A stretch of DNA of 64,000 nucleotides from the NCBI GenBank assembly GCA_031835245.2, contig JAVKOQ020000105.1, positions 1-64,000 on the forward strand. The letters are read 5' to 3'. This DNA is from Balamuthia mandrillaris. Its lineage: Eukaryota. A program made the position numbers and the translations under genes. This document shows positions 23,093-35,800 of the stretch, in pieces (within the stretch, counting starts at the first letter, position 1; every line of letters starts with the position of its first letter). The notes under the pieces are model-generated. The model did no database searches, was not told the DNA's origin, and worked only from the letters and a program-made list of their open reading frames with translations.

Positions 23093-26000
23093 ATGAACCA
23101 AAACCAACCCCAGTGGGACCTACTTGATGAGGACGAAGAGGAGAATGAAGATCTGACTGTTCGGAGCGTCAGCTGTGCAAATCCGTGGACCAGCGAGGTG
23201 TTGTTACAGGAATTGGAGCAAATAGAAAAAGATAAGGAAGCTAAACCTTTCGCGGGTGTGGAGGAAAGTGGCACGATGTCCTACAAGGACTCCCAAAAAG
23301 AAAAAAAACACCGGCTCTCCTTCGAACAGTTTGATAAGCAGCAGGCGGCCCACTGGCTTCAAGAGCAGGGCGTCTATTTATCCAACGCCGCTGCCTCTCC
23401 TGCTAAGGAAATATTCTTGAAAGCATGGCTTGTGCTGCAACAAGGAGCGGATGAGGTTCTCTCTTTCGACGTGGGCGCGTTCGACGAAGCCATCGACTTG
23501 GTCAACCGCGAGGCAGAAAACACGTTGCTCCAAAGGCAGCTCATGGACGAGGACTCTTTGCCTCACGTGCAAACGGTCCGCAAGGACTTGTTGCTGGTCT
23601 TCGCCAAGGTGTGCAAGCTCGCGCCGATGTTTGGAGAGAAGCTTGGCACAGTCAGCGGCGAACTGATTAGAGATGCGGATAGCGAAAAAGGTCAAGCGAA
23701 CAACGTTGCCAGAAAGCTCATCATGCGCTTGAGGGCCGTTAGGCATTTGTATTGTCAATGCCGGACTCTGAGTAGACGACAAAGCAAGCAGGACATCGAG
23801 ACGGAAGAGGAGGCAGCAAGAATGCTGGGTTACAGTCGCGAGCAACTTCGGCCCTCTGAGAGAAGGAGCATTTCCAATGAGGAACTTCTTGCCCTCATCC
23901 AGGGAGAAGGGCCTCAGGGTCGTGGCGACCTTTCAAGAGAGGAGTACAAGCTTAATCCCCGGCACATGCGAAGCAATTTGGAGTTGCTGTTGGATCGAGT
24001 CGTTCGTGTGCTCAAAGCCAACCGGCGGACGGCTAGAACGACCCGTGAATGTGTTATTCCAGACATGTTTAAAGACCTCGGGCCAGAGTCAGAGGCAGAG
24101 CTTAAAGCAAGATTGGTGAAGGATGGCACGTTGGCCACGATTGCTCGTCTCCAGAAGGAGCTGCATCTTCCCGAAGCCAAACTCCCGTTTGAATACGATG
24201 AGGCGGTGCAACGGATAGAAATGGAAGTCCTTCGCCGGTTGCGAACCACCCAGAAAAAGATGTTGAACATCAAAGAACTGCATAATGAGCTCCCAAGGCT
24301 TGACGAAATAGCCACAACGACTGCTCGCAGTTTTGAAAGCGCTTTCTTTTCCAATGAAGCCGTTGGTTTCAACCACATCCTTACTAGCACCAGGTCAACA
24401 AGACGGCGAGTCGGTGGAGGAACGCTTTTGAGAGAGGTGGGCCTTCGTTTGGACGGAAAATACAAGTACAACGGTCTGATTCGGGCCAAAGAGGCGCCAG
24501 AATTGGATGAATGGCGGGGAAGTATTCCAGAAAATGCTCACTTCGTGTCTTTTCGTCGGCGAGGAGGGGCAAACGGAGCTGATGAAGCTAAGAGTTTATT
24601 GGAAGAGGAAGAGGAGGATAAGACGTTAGCGGCATTACTGCGAGGAACAAGCCCTAATGGCTCCAAATTGCGCTGGATCTACTTTACTCTAGAAGGCGAG
24701 CTTTTCCAGGTTAGTCTTCTTCTCTCGTTTTGTCTCTAGGGCCTCACTCTCTCAATATAAGATCGACCTCCACAATTGTGATGTGTTAAGCAAACACATT
24801 GGATACACAGACGTTCCCTGTCGGCACATTATCGTCAAAAGCGTTAAGGACGGAAGCCTGTTTCGTCGCTTTGTGCTGCATATCAAGAGTGATACTCTAC
24901 TTGATCCTGCCCTGCAAAAAATACTTGAAAGCAAGATGGTACTTCTTTACCAACACTTGATTTTGGTCCTCTATCTCATTTGTACCTCTGCTTGTTTTGT
25001 TTTGTTCTGTTTTTTATTTTGTTTTGTTTTGTTTGTTTTGTTTTTATAACCACAGAAGAGATATTCCACACAAGAAAGCGGCTTGGTTCTCTCCCGTGTC
25101 TTCGAATTCTTCAGCAACGCACAGTTCACCAAATCCAAGCGCAAAGGCTTTGATCCTCTGTTGTGCTTTAACACGAGCAATCAACTGCACACCAATGTTT
25201 TTCCTCAACTTAAGGACGAGTTAAAGCAGGCTTGGCGCGAATTTCATCCTCCTTCCGAGTATGTGGCCATTAACTATGCGTTGTGGTTCTTCTCTATTGT
25301 TCTCTAAACAGTGAAACTGCAGGCACGACGAAATGGCCCTGAAGGAAACCAAACGACTACTGATGGAACTGATCCTCGCTGGGCCAAGCTCGAAGCATGT
25401 GGCCATAGCAAACCACAAACATATACGTTACTTGCTGGCGCTGGCCGACAAACGTTTATTAGTAAAGGTCTTTTGTGTCGAACGCTCCAACTTACATGCC
25501 TTACAGCGTAATATGGATAATTTGGACGGCAGCAACTTGGTTATCTGCATACTCTATGTCACTGGTGAGTTCTGTTTTGCTATCAGGAAATTATTGCTTG
25601 GTTTCGTTGTCTTCATCGTTTTGCTTATTTTGCTTTTAATCCATAATCAAGGCAAGCTATCTGCGGTGGACATCGGTCGCTTGGTTGATAGGGTCAAAGG
25701 CAAGTCCTTGCGTCTCGTCATCAAGTTTTATTCCCAGCTGTACCACGCCCTCTGCGTTACTGGTCGGCTAAGCGCAGTGATATTGCCTCCCTCGCTGCCA
25801 GTTCATAGATCGGCAAAGACTTGCCCATACGACTCTAACATGGCAATGACGAGACTCATGCAGCTCGTTCAGCGCAGGTTGCATAAGCAGCCGCATCACA
25901 TGAACATCGTCGCCAAGGATGTTGTGTCAAGACTGAGAAAACGCAATGTGGAGCAGATGGAATGGCAAGCGGTAGAACGAGAATGGAGGAAAAGCGTTGT

Positions 26001-29000
26001 TGACTTCAGCAATTCCGAGGACTTTGCACCCAAGGTCTATCGCGTTTTGATTACCGGCAACCTTCCTGAAATCAAAGCCTACTATCAAGCGGAGGACATC
26101 AGCAAGCTCGCGATCATCGACTGCAGTTCTAAGGATGTTGAAAAGGAGTTGGAAAGTCGATTGCAAGTAGCCGCAGGTCATAATAATGCTGTCAAGCAGC
26201 ACGGCGCCTCCAACAGAGTTGAACTTGAAAACAACTTTTGCCTTATACTTCTCAACGCTCATCTTCTTTCGGATTCACATAGACGTTATGCAGCCTCGTG
26301 TGCAGTTCGAGCCTGTAGCTTGTTGTTATTTGTTGTGCCCTTGTTCAATCCAGACGATCTTACCATCAATGTTAGGGAAGGAAATCAGCATTTTGCACTT
26401 CAGGTACTGCCACTTTCTTCTTCATCATCATCATCACCTCTCTCCTTGGCTTTTTATCATGGCGTTCAATTGTTGATGAACTCCATTAGGGAGCGTATTG
26501 GAGCACTCTTTCTTGCAAAAGTTTTACCGAGTTCTCTCCTGCCGTTGTCTTCGTATTTCGTGTGCTTCGCTTGTTGCTTGGTTCGCTAGTCAAGATAGAC
26601 ATATTGGGTAGCATTGACGAATGTCTCATGCGTCATGACCAGCAACTCTTGGATCCAGTGTTGCGATCAATCAACGAGCAGGAGCCTTCCATTCCATTGC
26701 AAGTCCTACGCGAATGCTTGACTGTCATCCTCCATCACTCCCCATCTCCTCATCGTAGCTGGTCCAATACACCAGACACAGGCTCCTCTTTGCACGAACA
26801 GCTCTCCACTATCAGCTGTTCTTATATACGCAAACACTTCGACCACTCCGCCCTCCCTATGGACATTTCTTTTGAAATGTTCATACGGGAATCAACCGTA
26901 TGCCAAATTCTTCCTCAGCCTGAAAGGATTGCTTCCTGGCTTGCTAGTGTTCTGTTCGAGGGAGATACTTCTGCTGCTAAAGAAGTGGTTCAGCTAGCGT
27001 TAAAGACGGCCCCGTTGGTTCATTCCCAACATTTGTTGGCATACATGGAGAGTGACAACCACTGGGCAAAAGATCCTAGCGAGGACCATCCTTCTGTTCA
27101 AGAGATACTATCCTATGGCTATGTAGGCCATGATTCGTCGATGGATAAACAAGAGCTGCTATTCCAACAAAGCCTTTTAGGCAACGAACTCGATTGGAAC
27201 ACTCTGGCGAGCGAATGGAAACTATTCCCACATAGTCTCGACTTTTTGATGAAGTTGTTGCTGGTTTATCCCTACAACTTGAAGCTCTTGAGCTGTGTGT
27301 CAAATGCCTCGCTGTTTCAACTGCTGGAAAATGCGACAGTCCATCGATATCGCCCTATCTTCGAGAGGTTAAACAGAGCAGTACAGGAAATGGATGCCTT
27401 TCTGCATACTCTTCAAGTTAGTGCTAATCTTTCTCTCTCTCTCTCTCTCTCTCTTACTCACCTTCTCTCTCTCTCTCTTCTCTCTTCTCTCTTCTCTCTT
27501 CTCTCTCTCCCCTCCAATTGACCTGCTTCACCATACTACAGATTCCGAATGACGATGATGCTCAAGATTTTTTACGCATTCTGAAATGGCTGCTACTTAA
27601 TACAAAAGAGATACCCTCTGGCGAACTTCAAATAGATGAATGGGATATTAGTGCTCTAATCAGGCATCGTATCCCTCTCATGCTCGCCAACGAGAACGTC
27701 ATCGATAGAGTTCTTCCCATAGTTCTCTCACTAGATGGACCAGATGGTAGGTGGCATTACTGATTCTTATATGATTGAAGATCTAAAATTATTCTCGTTT
27801 GCTCTGCAGACTTGTTGTACCAGCAAGTAGGCCTTAGGACCTTCTTTCTTGGCCAGGCAGCGCCAGCAGCAAATAAGATACTCGCCGAAGAGAGGTTACT
27901 ACATTACTTCCATTTCAGTTGTTGAGACGGGTGAACAGCTTCTAATTTGTCAAAATAACTAATAACTTGTGCAAATAGTTACCCTCTCGGTGCTGTATTT
28001 GTGCATTTCATGTTTCATCCACATATTCTTAAACTAGCGCATCAAGAACAACATGCGTTTGTTTCGAACGAGCGCAGTATCAGCATTATGGAGTGGCTCA
28101 TTAAAGGCAATATTATCTCTTTAAAATTGGCAGAGCGCTTTACTCCAAAGGCGTATGCTACAATGCTTGCTCGCTCCACATCCACCACCCAAACTGATGC
28201 TCTTTGGTCGGCCTTTTCAAAGTCAGCTAAACATACAAAGGTTTTGTCTTTCCTTCTTTCAAACATGTTTTGCTCTTTGCTGAGCGTTGCTTTCTCTTTC
28301 AAAGGAATCAAGGAATATGTTTTTAACTGAGGTCATAGAATATGCTGATGAGTTAACCACCTCTCAAAGTCAAATGATTCGTTTTCTAGAACTTGTTACC
28401 TCTTCTACTGAATATAAGGCGTTAGAGTTTGTTAAACTTGGAAGCGGTTACCGAAGTCTCTACGAAGCATTGGAACAGGTAAGACTGTTGACAAGAGGGA
28501 GTTTTTTTCTACAAATTTTAATGGTGGGTTTTTTGCTTCCTATGCTGCAGCAATCATTTGAAATGGTTCAAATGAACCAGCAGATCCCTATCGAGTATTC
28601 AGAGAAGATAAAGCGGCTGTATATTGCGTCATTCCCAGATGAAAAGATTGATATAGCTGTGGAGAAGGAAATTAGCAAACATTGTGCATGTGTGACTTCT
28701 GCTGGATGGGAACAGGTTCTTCTCTTGTTGCTGGATGAGCCGCAAGCACAACGTAATTTCTTGATGATATTGGCTTGGTCCTTTCACCCTTTCCGAGCTC
28801 TTCCTCTTAACTACACTGATGAAACTCAAGTCAGGAGGTTCTTCAAGGTAACTCTTCCTTTTTTTTTTTTTTTTGTAACCCAACTTTTGTTTTCTGTTTT
28901 TGTTTCCTCTCTTACTGTTTTCTGCTAATTGCGAGTGAACCTTACTACTAGGCAATTGTGACACACCCATCAGTTGCCTTTCAACTCAAAGTGGAAAGAA

Positions 29001-32000
29001 ACCTGCATTGTGTTGACAACCTTGCTCTATACCTTGTTGCTCCTCACTTTCTTGATCAGTCCGTGTTTTCTTACTATAACTCCGTTTTTAGATTTTATCC
29101 AGATCTACAAAAGCACTATCTCGTTATTTGCCAGAAAGAAAGCTTGCACGCTAGCAGCTACAGCATTGTCATACCGGAGGTTTGTTCATTGTTCGTTGAG
29201 TAAAGATAAAAATTATGGCCATGTTGCTCAAACCTCACTCTACGGCATATTGCAGAGATCGCTGCCAGAAATCATCATTGAGGAGTTGCTTTCCAGTTCC
29301 TATCCCTTAGATGTGTGGAAGGAGCAGAAAGACCGTTTGAACCTCAAGTACGATGTAACGTCCGGCGTGAACGAAGAGCTCTTCTACCAAAACCTCTCCG
29401 CGCTGTGCAACACAAGGCTCATGACTTTTCGCAACAACAATGCACAAAAGATTGAGGATGAGAAGACTCAACGCTTCGTGGCAGGCGTTATTTTGGCTTG
29501 GTTTTGGGCAATGGGCATCTCCATGTCTATCTTGGAAGAAAAGCTGGCGGCGTTGGGTCAAATGGACACTGTCGTTTGGCTGAGACAACAAACAAACATG
29601 GACCATTTGGTCACCGAACCAACTTTGTATCCTGTTCCAGCTTACATAGACGTAAAGATGCGGTTTGATACAACAGCGACCTTGTTTGGGGTTACCAAGG
29701 AGGCTTCCCTTTATACATATCAAGTACGTTTCTAGCATCGAACTGTTAAGTTTCTTCGTCTTTGCTCATGTTTCTTGTTGTCTGGACTCTCACAGACCAT
29801 GGTCACCATGCTAGACGACTCGCAAAACTTTACGGTCAAGCCGCAGGAACTGCTCGTCCCTTGTGGGGAAAATCAATACAAAAGGTCTAGCTCCTACAAA
29901 CAACTTCACCGGTTGGCCGTGGAGGCTTTTGCTGTTCGTTTCGCTGGAATGCTTCGTAACGTTCAGAGCCATGGCAACTGTTATCAACTCACCGATCTGG
30001 AAACCTACAGCCATCGCCTCTTTCTTGTGCTGCGAGCGATGATGCTAGATCGCTTATCTTCTTCGTTTTGCCGTAATCCCATCCATCTCGTCACGGAGAT
30101 TCTCACTGTCTTCATTCACACCATCAAAGCCCAACTCCGCGATATGCAGCCAGATCGTGCTAAAGTCCTTCAAGCAATTACCACTCGTTGTGTTGCAAGT
30201 CGGATCTTTGTTGCTGGCCAGGCAACACTCTTGCAGATTCTCAGCGAACTGTTTTCCATCTGCAAACTGGAACAGTTTTCTTGTTGTAGACACACCTGGA
30301 ATGAACTGCTCTATGTACCCCTTCACCCTCCCTTTTTCTTTTCGTTGTATTTTGGGTCTACCTGACTTAGTTTTTTTTTTTCTACTTAGTGGCAACATTC
30401 GTTCGCGATCCAATGCGAGACGTTGAAGGACTCAGCTCTTAAAGAACAGCTCACGCTTGAAATCCGCAGACACGATGGCAGCAGCACCCTCTCTTATGAA
30501 TACCTTCAACTCCATTCAAACCTTCCCGCTAGGCCTCCCGTAGTTTCTTCCATAACTTCAAAGGGGAAAGAGCGGGTCGTTGACTCCAACCACGGCTGTT
30601 CAGCAAGCACGGAAGATCTGGACGGAGGGGCAAGGTCACTGGGTCCATCACTGATGGACTGCAGCGCTGTTGCAGAAACGTGCTTGTTCAAACTTGGCCA
30701 AGTGACGACTGCAACTGCGAACAACGGAACGGAGGACATTCGAGCCAGACCAAACCAAACTGTCCTGGGAAGCCAGACCAAAGAGGACGACGAACTGGGA
30801 GACGGCGTCATCTACTGCCACCATCTTTTGGAGATTGCCTCTTATGACCTCTTCTCAGAAATGAAGCTCAAAGCAGGATTAGAGAGTTACTTGGTGCAAC
30901 ATCCCTACAAGCCTTGGCTGTACTGTTTTATGCCAGCGGAGATTATTGCTGACATGCTGAAGAATCCTGTCAAGTACAAAAACGAGCAGCGTGTCTTCCA
31001 GGTAAGGCTTCTTCCCCATTCTTTTCGTTTCGTTTTTGTTTTCTGTTCTTGAAGAAAGGCTGAAGTATCTTTGGGCACAATAGGGCAAAGTTGTAGCATA
31101 CTACCAGAATAATATTGTGGCTTGGACTACCCTCTCACAAACTTGTCCTAGCCGTACTTTGCTAGTCATTGATGGTATGCTGCTGAAAAAAGGTTCAGAC
31201 AACAAGACATGGATTCCAACGGTCATTGGCTACGACTTTGTGCTCGCCTCGCAAGCGTTGTCGCTGGAGTCTGACCTCTTCTTCTGGCACCTGCTGTACA
31301 CCTACAAACTTTTGGGATACCGCATGAGCCAAGCCATGGTCAACCTGTTGGAGTTTCTTTGTAGAGTCGTTTTTTCCCTTTGGAAGGACAATCACCCCTA
31401 CGATGAACTCGTGGCCCTCCAGAACGACAAAGAGAAGCACGTCTCTGTTGTTTCCCTTCTTAACCAAATGTACTCGGATCCACAACGAGAAAGCGACCGA
31501 CAAGAGATGGAAAGTCTTGCGCTCTCGTTGATGGACTTTGTTGCGGTGGTGATTGCGGAGGCTACCGATACGAAACAAAAAACCACCGCCTTTGTCATCA
31601 TTCAGGAGCAACTCAGCAAACGAAACGAGAGCAACAAGTACTCCTCCATTAGAAATTTCGTCCCTCAACTGGAAGACCTCGTTCTGAGCAGTACGGGAGA
31701 TCGTGGGCAGATATTATGTGTACTTGAACGGAAATACGACCTTGATGTTATCTTCGGAGCAAACGCTTTGCAGCATACCAGAGAGCTGTGTCTCCACTGG
31801 CAGAAAATGGATGAAGATGATGAAATGATGGATGATGTTATATTCTGGGATGAGGACTTTGAAACGATTTTTGAGCCTGACCAAAAACAACCCGCGGCCA
31901 AGTCCGACCAGTCGTCGACTCTCCCTCAAAGATCAGGTACAAACTTTTGCACTTTCATTTCTTCTTGCAAACATTTCTAATATCGGTGTGTTTTTCCTTT

Positions 32001-32773
32001 TTATGCAGTGGCCAAGCAGCAACGTGAAACCAGCAAAGATGCAAGCTTAGCGAGATTCCGACCCTTTGGCACGTATTGTGGATTAGGTTATGGAGATTAC
32101 TCCCTGCGGGACAGAAACCAACTGTTGGCGTTAGTGGGCTGTAATCCTCCCATTTTTTACCATTTTGTGGACAAGCTCACCTCTTACAACGCGGAGGACC
32201 TTTGTGCCGGTATCACGATCGCTTATTTTCTCCACAAGAGACTTTATCACTCGCTGGGCTATGCTACCTCTACGAGCATCACAGAATCAAATACCGTGGA
32301 GATTGGTGATGTTACATCCAGCATAGGAGAAGAGAAGCTGAAGAAGATAGCGGGCAACAAAGATCAGAAACAAACACACCTTTATACCAAATGGCTTGTC
32401 AACGTGCTGAACTCTCCCTTGTCGCTGGAGCACAAGGCATGGTTCCTCAACCTGTGCAGCCACTTCTATCCTCTTCTGCCGCCCATCGCTGCCTCATCGA
32501 CTACTACTGCCAGATCTTCGTCGGTGGTTGCGCATTGCCTTGCTCAGAATTGCCCCATACACTTTTTGCGTCAAGTCTTGTTGGGAACGTGCTTGGTCCC
32601 ACAAACCATAGAACCCTTCTGCCGCCGTAAGGACTGCAAGTACGGTGTATACTTTGTCAATACACACACCTTGAAGCGTATGCGTGATCTCGGGCTTCCG
32701 TTGGCACTGGTAGATTTGTCTTCCGAGATTGAATCTGGCACTGTTTCTCCTGATCACATTTATGAACGAGTAC

Positions 32774-32833
<60 letters not shown>

Positions 32834-35800
32834 CAAAAAACCTTTATTGCTTTCTTATTCAGTTTTTTTTTCTAGATGGTTTCACATTTCACTGGCTTTA
32901 CCTGTTTTGTATTTGTGCAAGGTCTCCCTGTTATTGATGACCTGCTGCTCAAATGGTGTTGCGAGGTAAGTTCCCTACAAGCAACAATCCAAATCATCAA
33001 AGAACATACTGACGTTACCTTTGCTTGTCAAAATAGTACACTGAGAAGTTTCCTTGGCGTTTTTTCTTTTTTGAGGGGACTGATACGTCCTTCAATTTCT
33101 CCGAGAATCGAGATCGTTGTAACTATTCGTTTTACTTCCGTCACAGTCTCAACGAGTGGCAATTAGGCGCTGCCGGGCACAACATTACCACTTATCATGT
33201 TCAGTTTAACTCGCTTCAGAGCACACACGCGCATGCAGGAGATGCTTACCGTGATGAGCAGTTGAGCTCCAGATTGTTGCACAACAATCGAGAATGGAGT
33301 GAGTTGTTTCTCGCTCACTTTGGACTTTATGCTAAATGGCCAAAGAAATCGGAAGCCTTACCTGACTGGGAAAGGACCTTCAACGAACTTTATGACCGAG
33401 ACCAATGTGTTTTATTTGTTGTTGGACCACCAGGTTTGCCATTACTCAATGAACTCTCTATTGCTTCAACTCTTCTTTCTGCTTACGCTTCGCTCTTCTG
33501 TTGCGCCAAGGTGCTGGGAAAAGCTTCGAGTTAAACAAAAAGCGTGAAATGGAACAAAAGAAAGGCGCATTTTTTGGAATGATCGATTGCTCTAACGACG
33601 AATTAGTAGAGAGAGCTATGGAGGACCTGCTCAACGAAAAGTTCCCCGAGACAAGAATGGATGGCAACTCGATCCTTGTTGCGGACGAGTTCCACATGTT
33701 ATCTGAAGAGCACAAACGACAGTTGTTTGATTGGTTTATCCCCCGTTTGAATTGGTTGAAGGTCATTCTCATCGGCAATAGGTCGAATGGTAAGTTGGTT
33801 CCCTATTGCAAGACAAACAAACAAAACGGCATTCAGCTATTAACACACATGTGCAGAATATGATGACCGTTTGTTGCAATCGGCAAGGAAACAAACTAGC
33901 GGTCAGGCCACCATCAAAAAGATACAAGGTCGACTTCGCATCGAGAAGATCTTCGAAGTGAACCACGTGAAAGAAAAGAGTGAGCATTATAATTTTCTCG
34001 ACATGTGGCACAGAGCTTCGCGCTTACTCTTCAGTGACGAAAGTATATCTCTTCGCAACGTGGACCCTCTCGTCCAAACTTTCAACCGCAGCCAACGATC
34101 TCGCGAGGAGAGCTTGGCAGAACTGCTGCTCTCCAAAGTACCTACTCTCGGCGATTACACTTGCCTTCAATTCGCCATTACCATTCTCCAGCTCTTGAAA
34201 GAGGAGAGAGGAAGAAGCCAGGACATGCAGTCCATGGGAAACGATCCCTTGGCCATGACACCGATGCAGCTCTTAGTGCGCACTGCTCTTCAGGATAAAC
34301 GAGCTGATCTGTGTTCTTACTCCGAATTCGTTCGTGGCCTTCCCAACAGTCATCGCGCTCACCCTGTCGTGCGACTTGCTGCATGGCTAACGATGCTTCA
34401 CATAGAAACATCGAAGGATCAATCTGTGCCCTCACTTGACATTTTGAAGCAATTGCGGCTAGTTGACCAAATCTTGTTCCCGTTGCTCACCGGAACAAGT
34501 CTATCCCCTTGTTCCTTACAAGGCTGCAACGCATTTACGCGCCAAGGTGATTATACCGACTTGGATTGGATGGCCAATTCTATAGAGCATGGGTACATTA
34601 TCTTGCGCGCTCTCTCCCTCTCACTCCCTCTTTCTCTCTCTGTTCCCAGTTTACTCTTTCCAGTTGTTGTCAGTTGTCAGTTGTTGTTCTTGTTCTTGTT
34701 CTTGTTCTTGTTCTTGTTCTTGTGGTAGTTATTGTTGTTGTTCTTGCTGTTGTGTTCTTGTTGATCTTGTTGTTCTTGTTGTTGATATTTATGTATGGTT
34801 TATACAGGTATGCAATAGATTGGGGAGCAGTAAGCAATGTATGGGCTCTTGAATTTGTTACTGATGCACAAAAGTTTGAACGATTGCTGAGTATTTGTCC
34901 GGTAATTCTTTCTCTTAGTCTTTGGTTCTCGTTTCCTTCTCTTCTTACCAGAGGGATATAGGACCCAAAAGCTTGCCTCTCTGCCATAACCCCAAAAAAT
35001 CTTTGCGTGTTGATAGAGTCTTTTGCAACCACAAGTCTGGCACGCAGGGTATTGGAGCACACAACGTTCATCAACACAAAAGAAAACGAATACCCCACGT
35101 CCGATTCAACCTACTTCACAGCAGCATGGTTCCTTCTCCGCAACCAATCTCCTCCTTATAGCGATGAGGTGCTTCGACAGCTGAACGTGCGGCTGTTATC
35201 GGTTCTGTTGTGGGCCTCCTTTTACAGCTTCCATTTCTTGAACGTGGTGGATGACCCAAAAGGCCGTGAAACCTTCTTAAGAGAGTTGCTGATCAAAGTC
35301 ACGACGAAACGATTGTTGAAAATGTTGAACCTAAAAGCTTATCTTTTTGGTGATGCAGATGACTCTTTGCATGGCAATTCATTGTTAACAGTAAGACTCA
35401 AAATACAAAGGATGAGACAAGACATTATTGACATCTGGTCTCATGTATTTGCTCCTCTTCTTCGAGCCGGATTGCGAAATAACGGTGCGACGTTTTTCTT
35501 CTGTTGTAAATTCTAGTTGCTGTTTTAAAGTTTTAACCTTCACTGCCAGGTATTCCCTACGAGGCCTGTTTGATGTTAGCAGCTTCACAGTACCCTGTCA
35601 ATTCAGCATGGCCTCTTCTTATCCGTCACTTGTCAGCAGTGCTGCATCAACGGGCTGATCAAGCCATAGTTAATTCGCTTGAAAACCACGAAATATTCTT
35701 CCGCCTGCACGAACGCAGCGCAGAGCAGCCAGACCACGACTTTATTCTTCCCGGAATTACGCGCTATTCCTCTGCGTCGGACCGAGAAATGGAGAAAATG

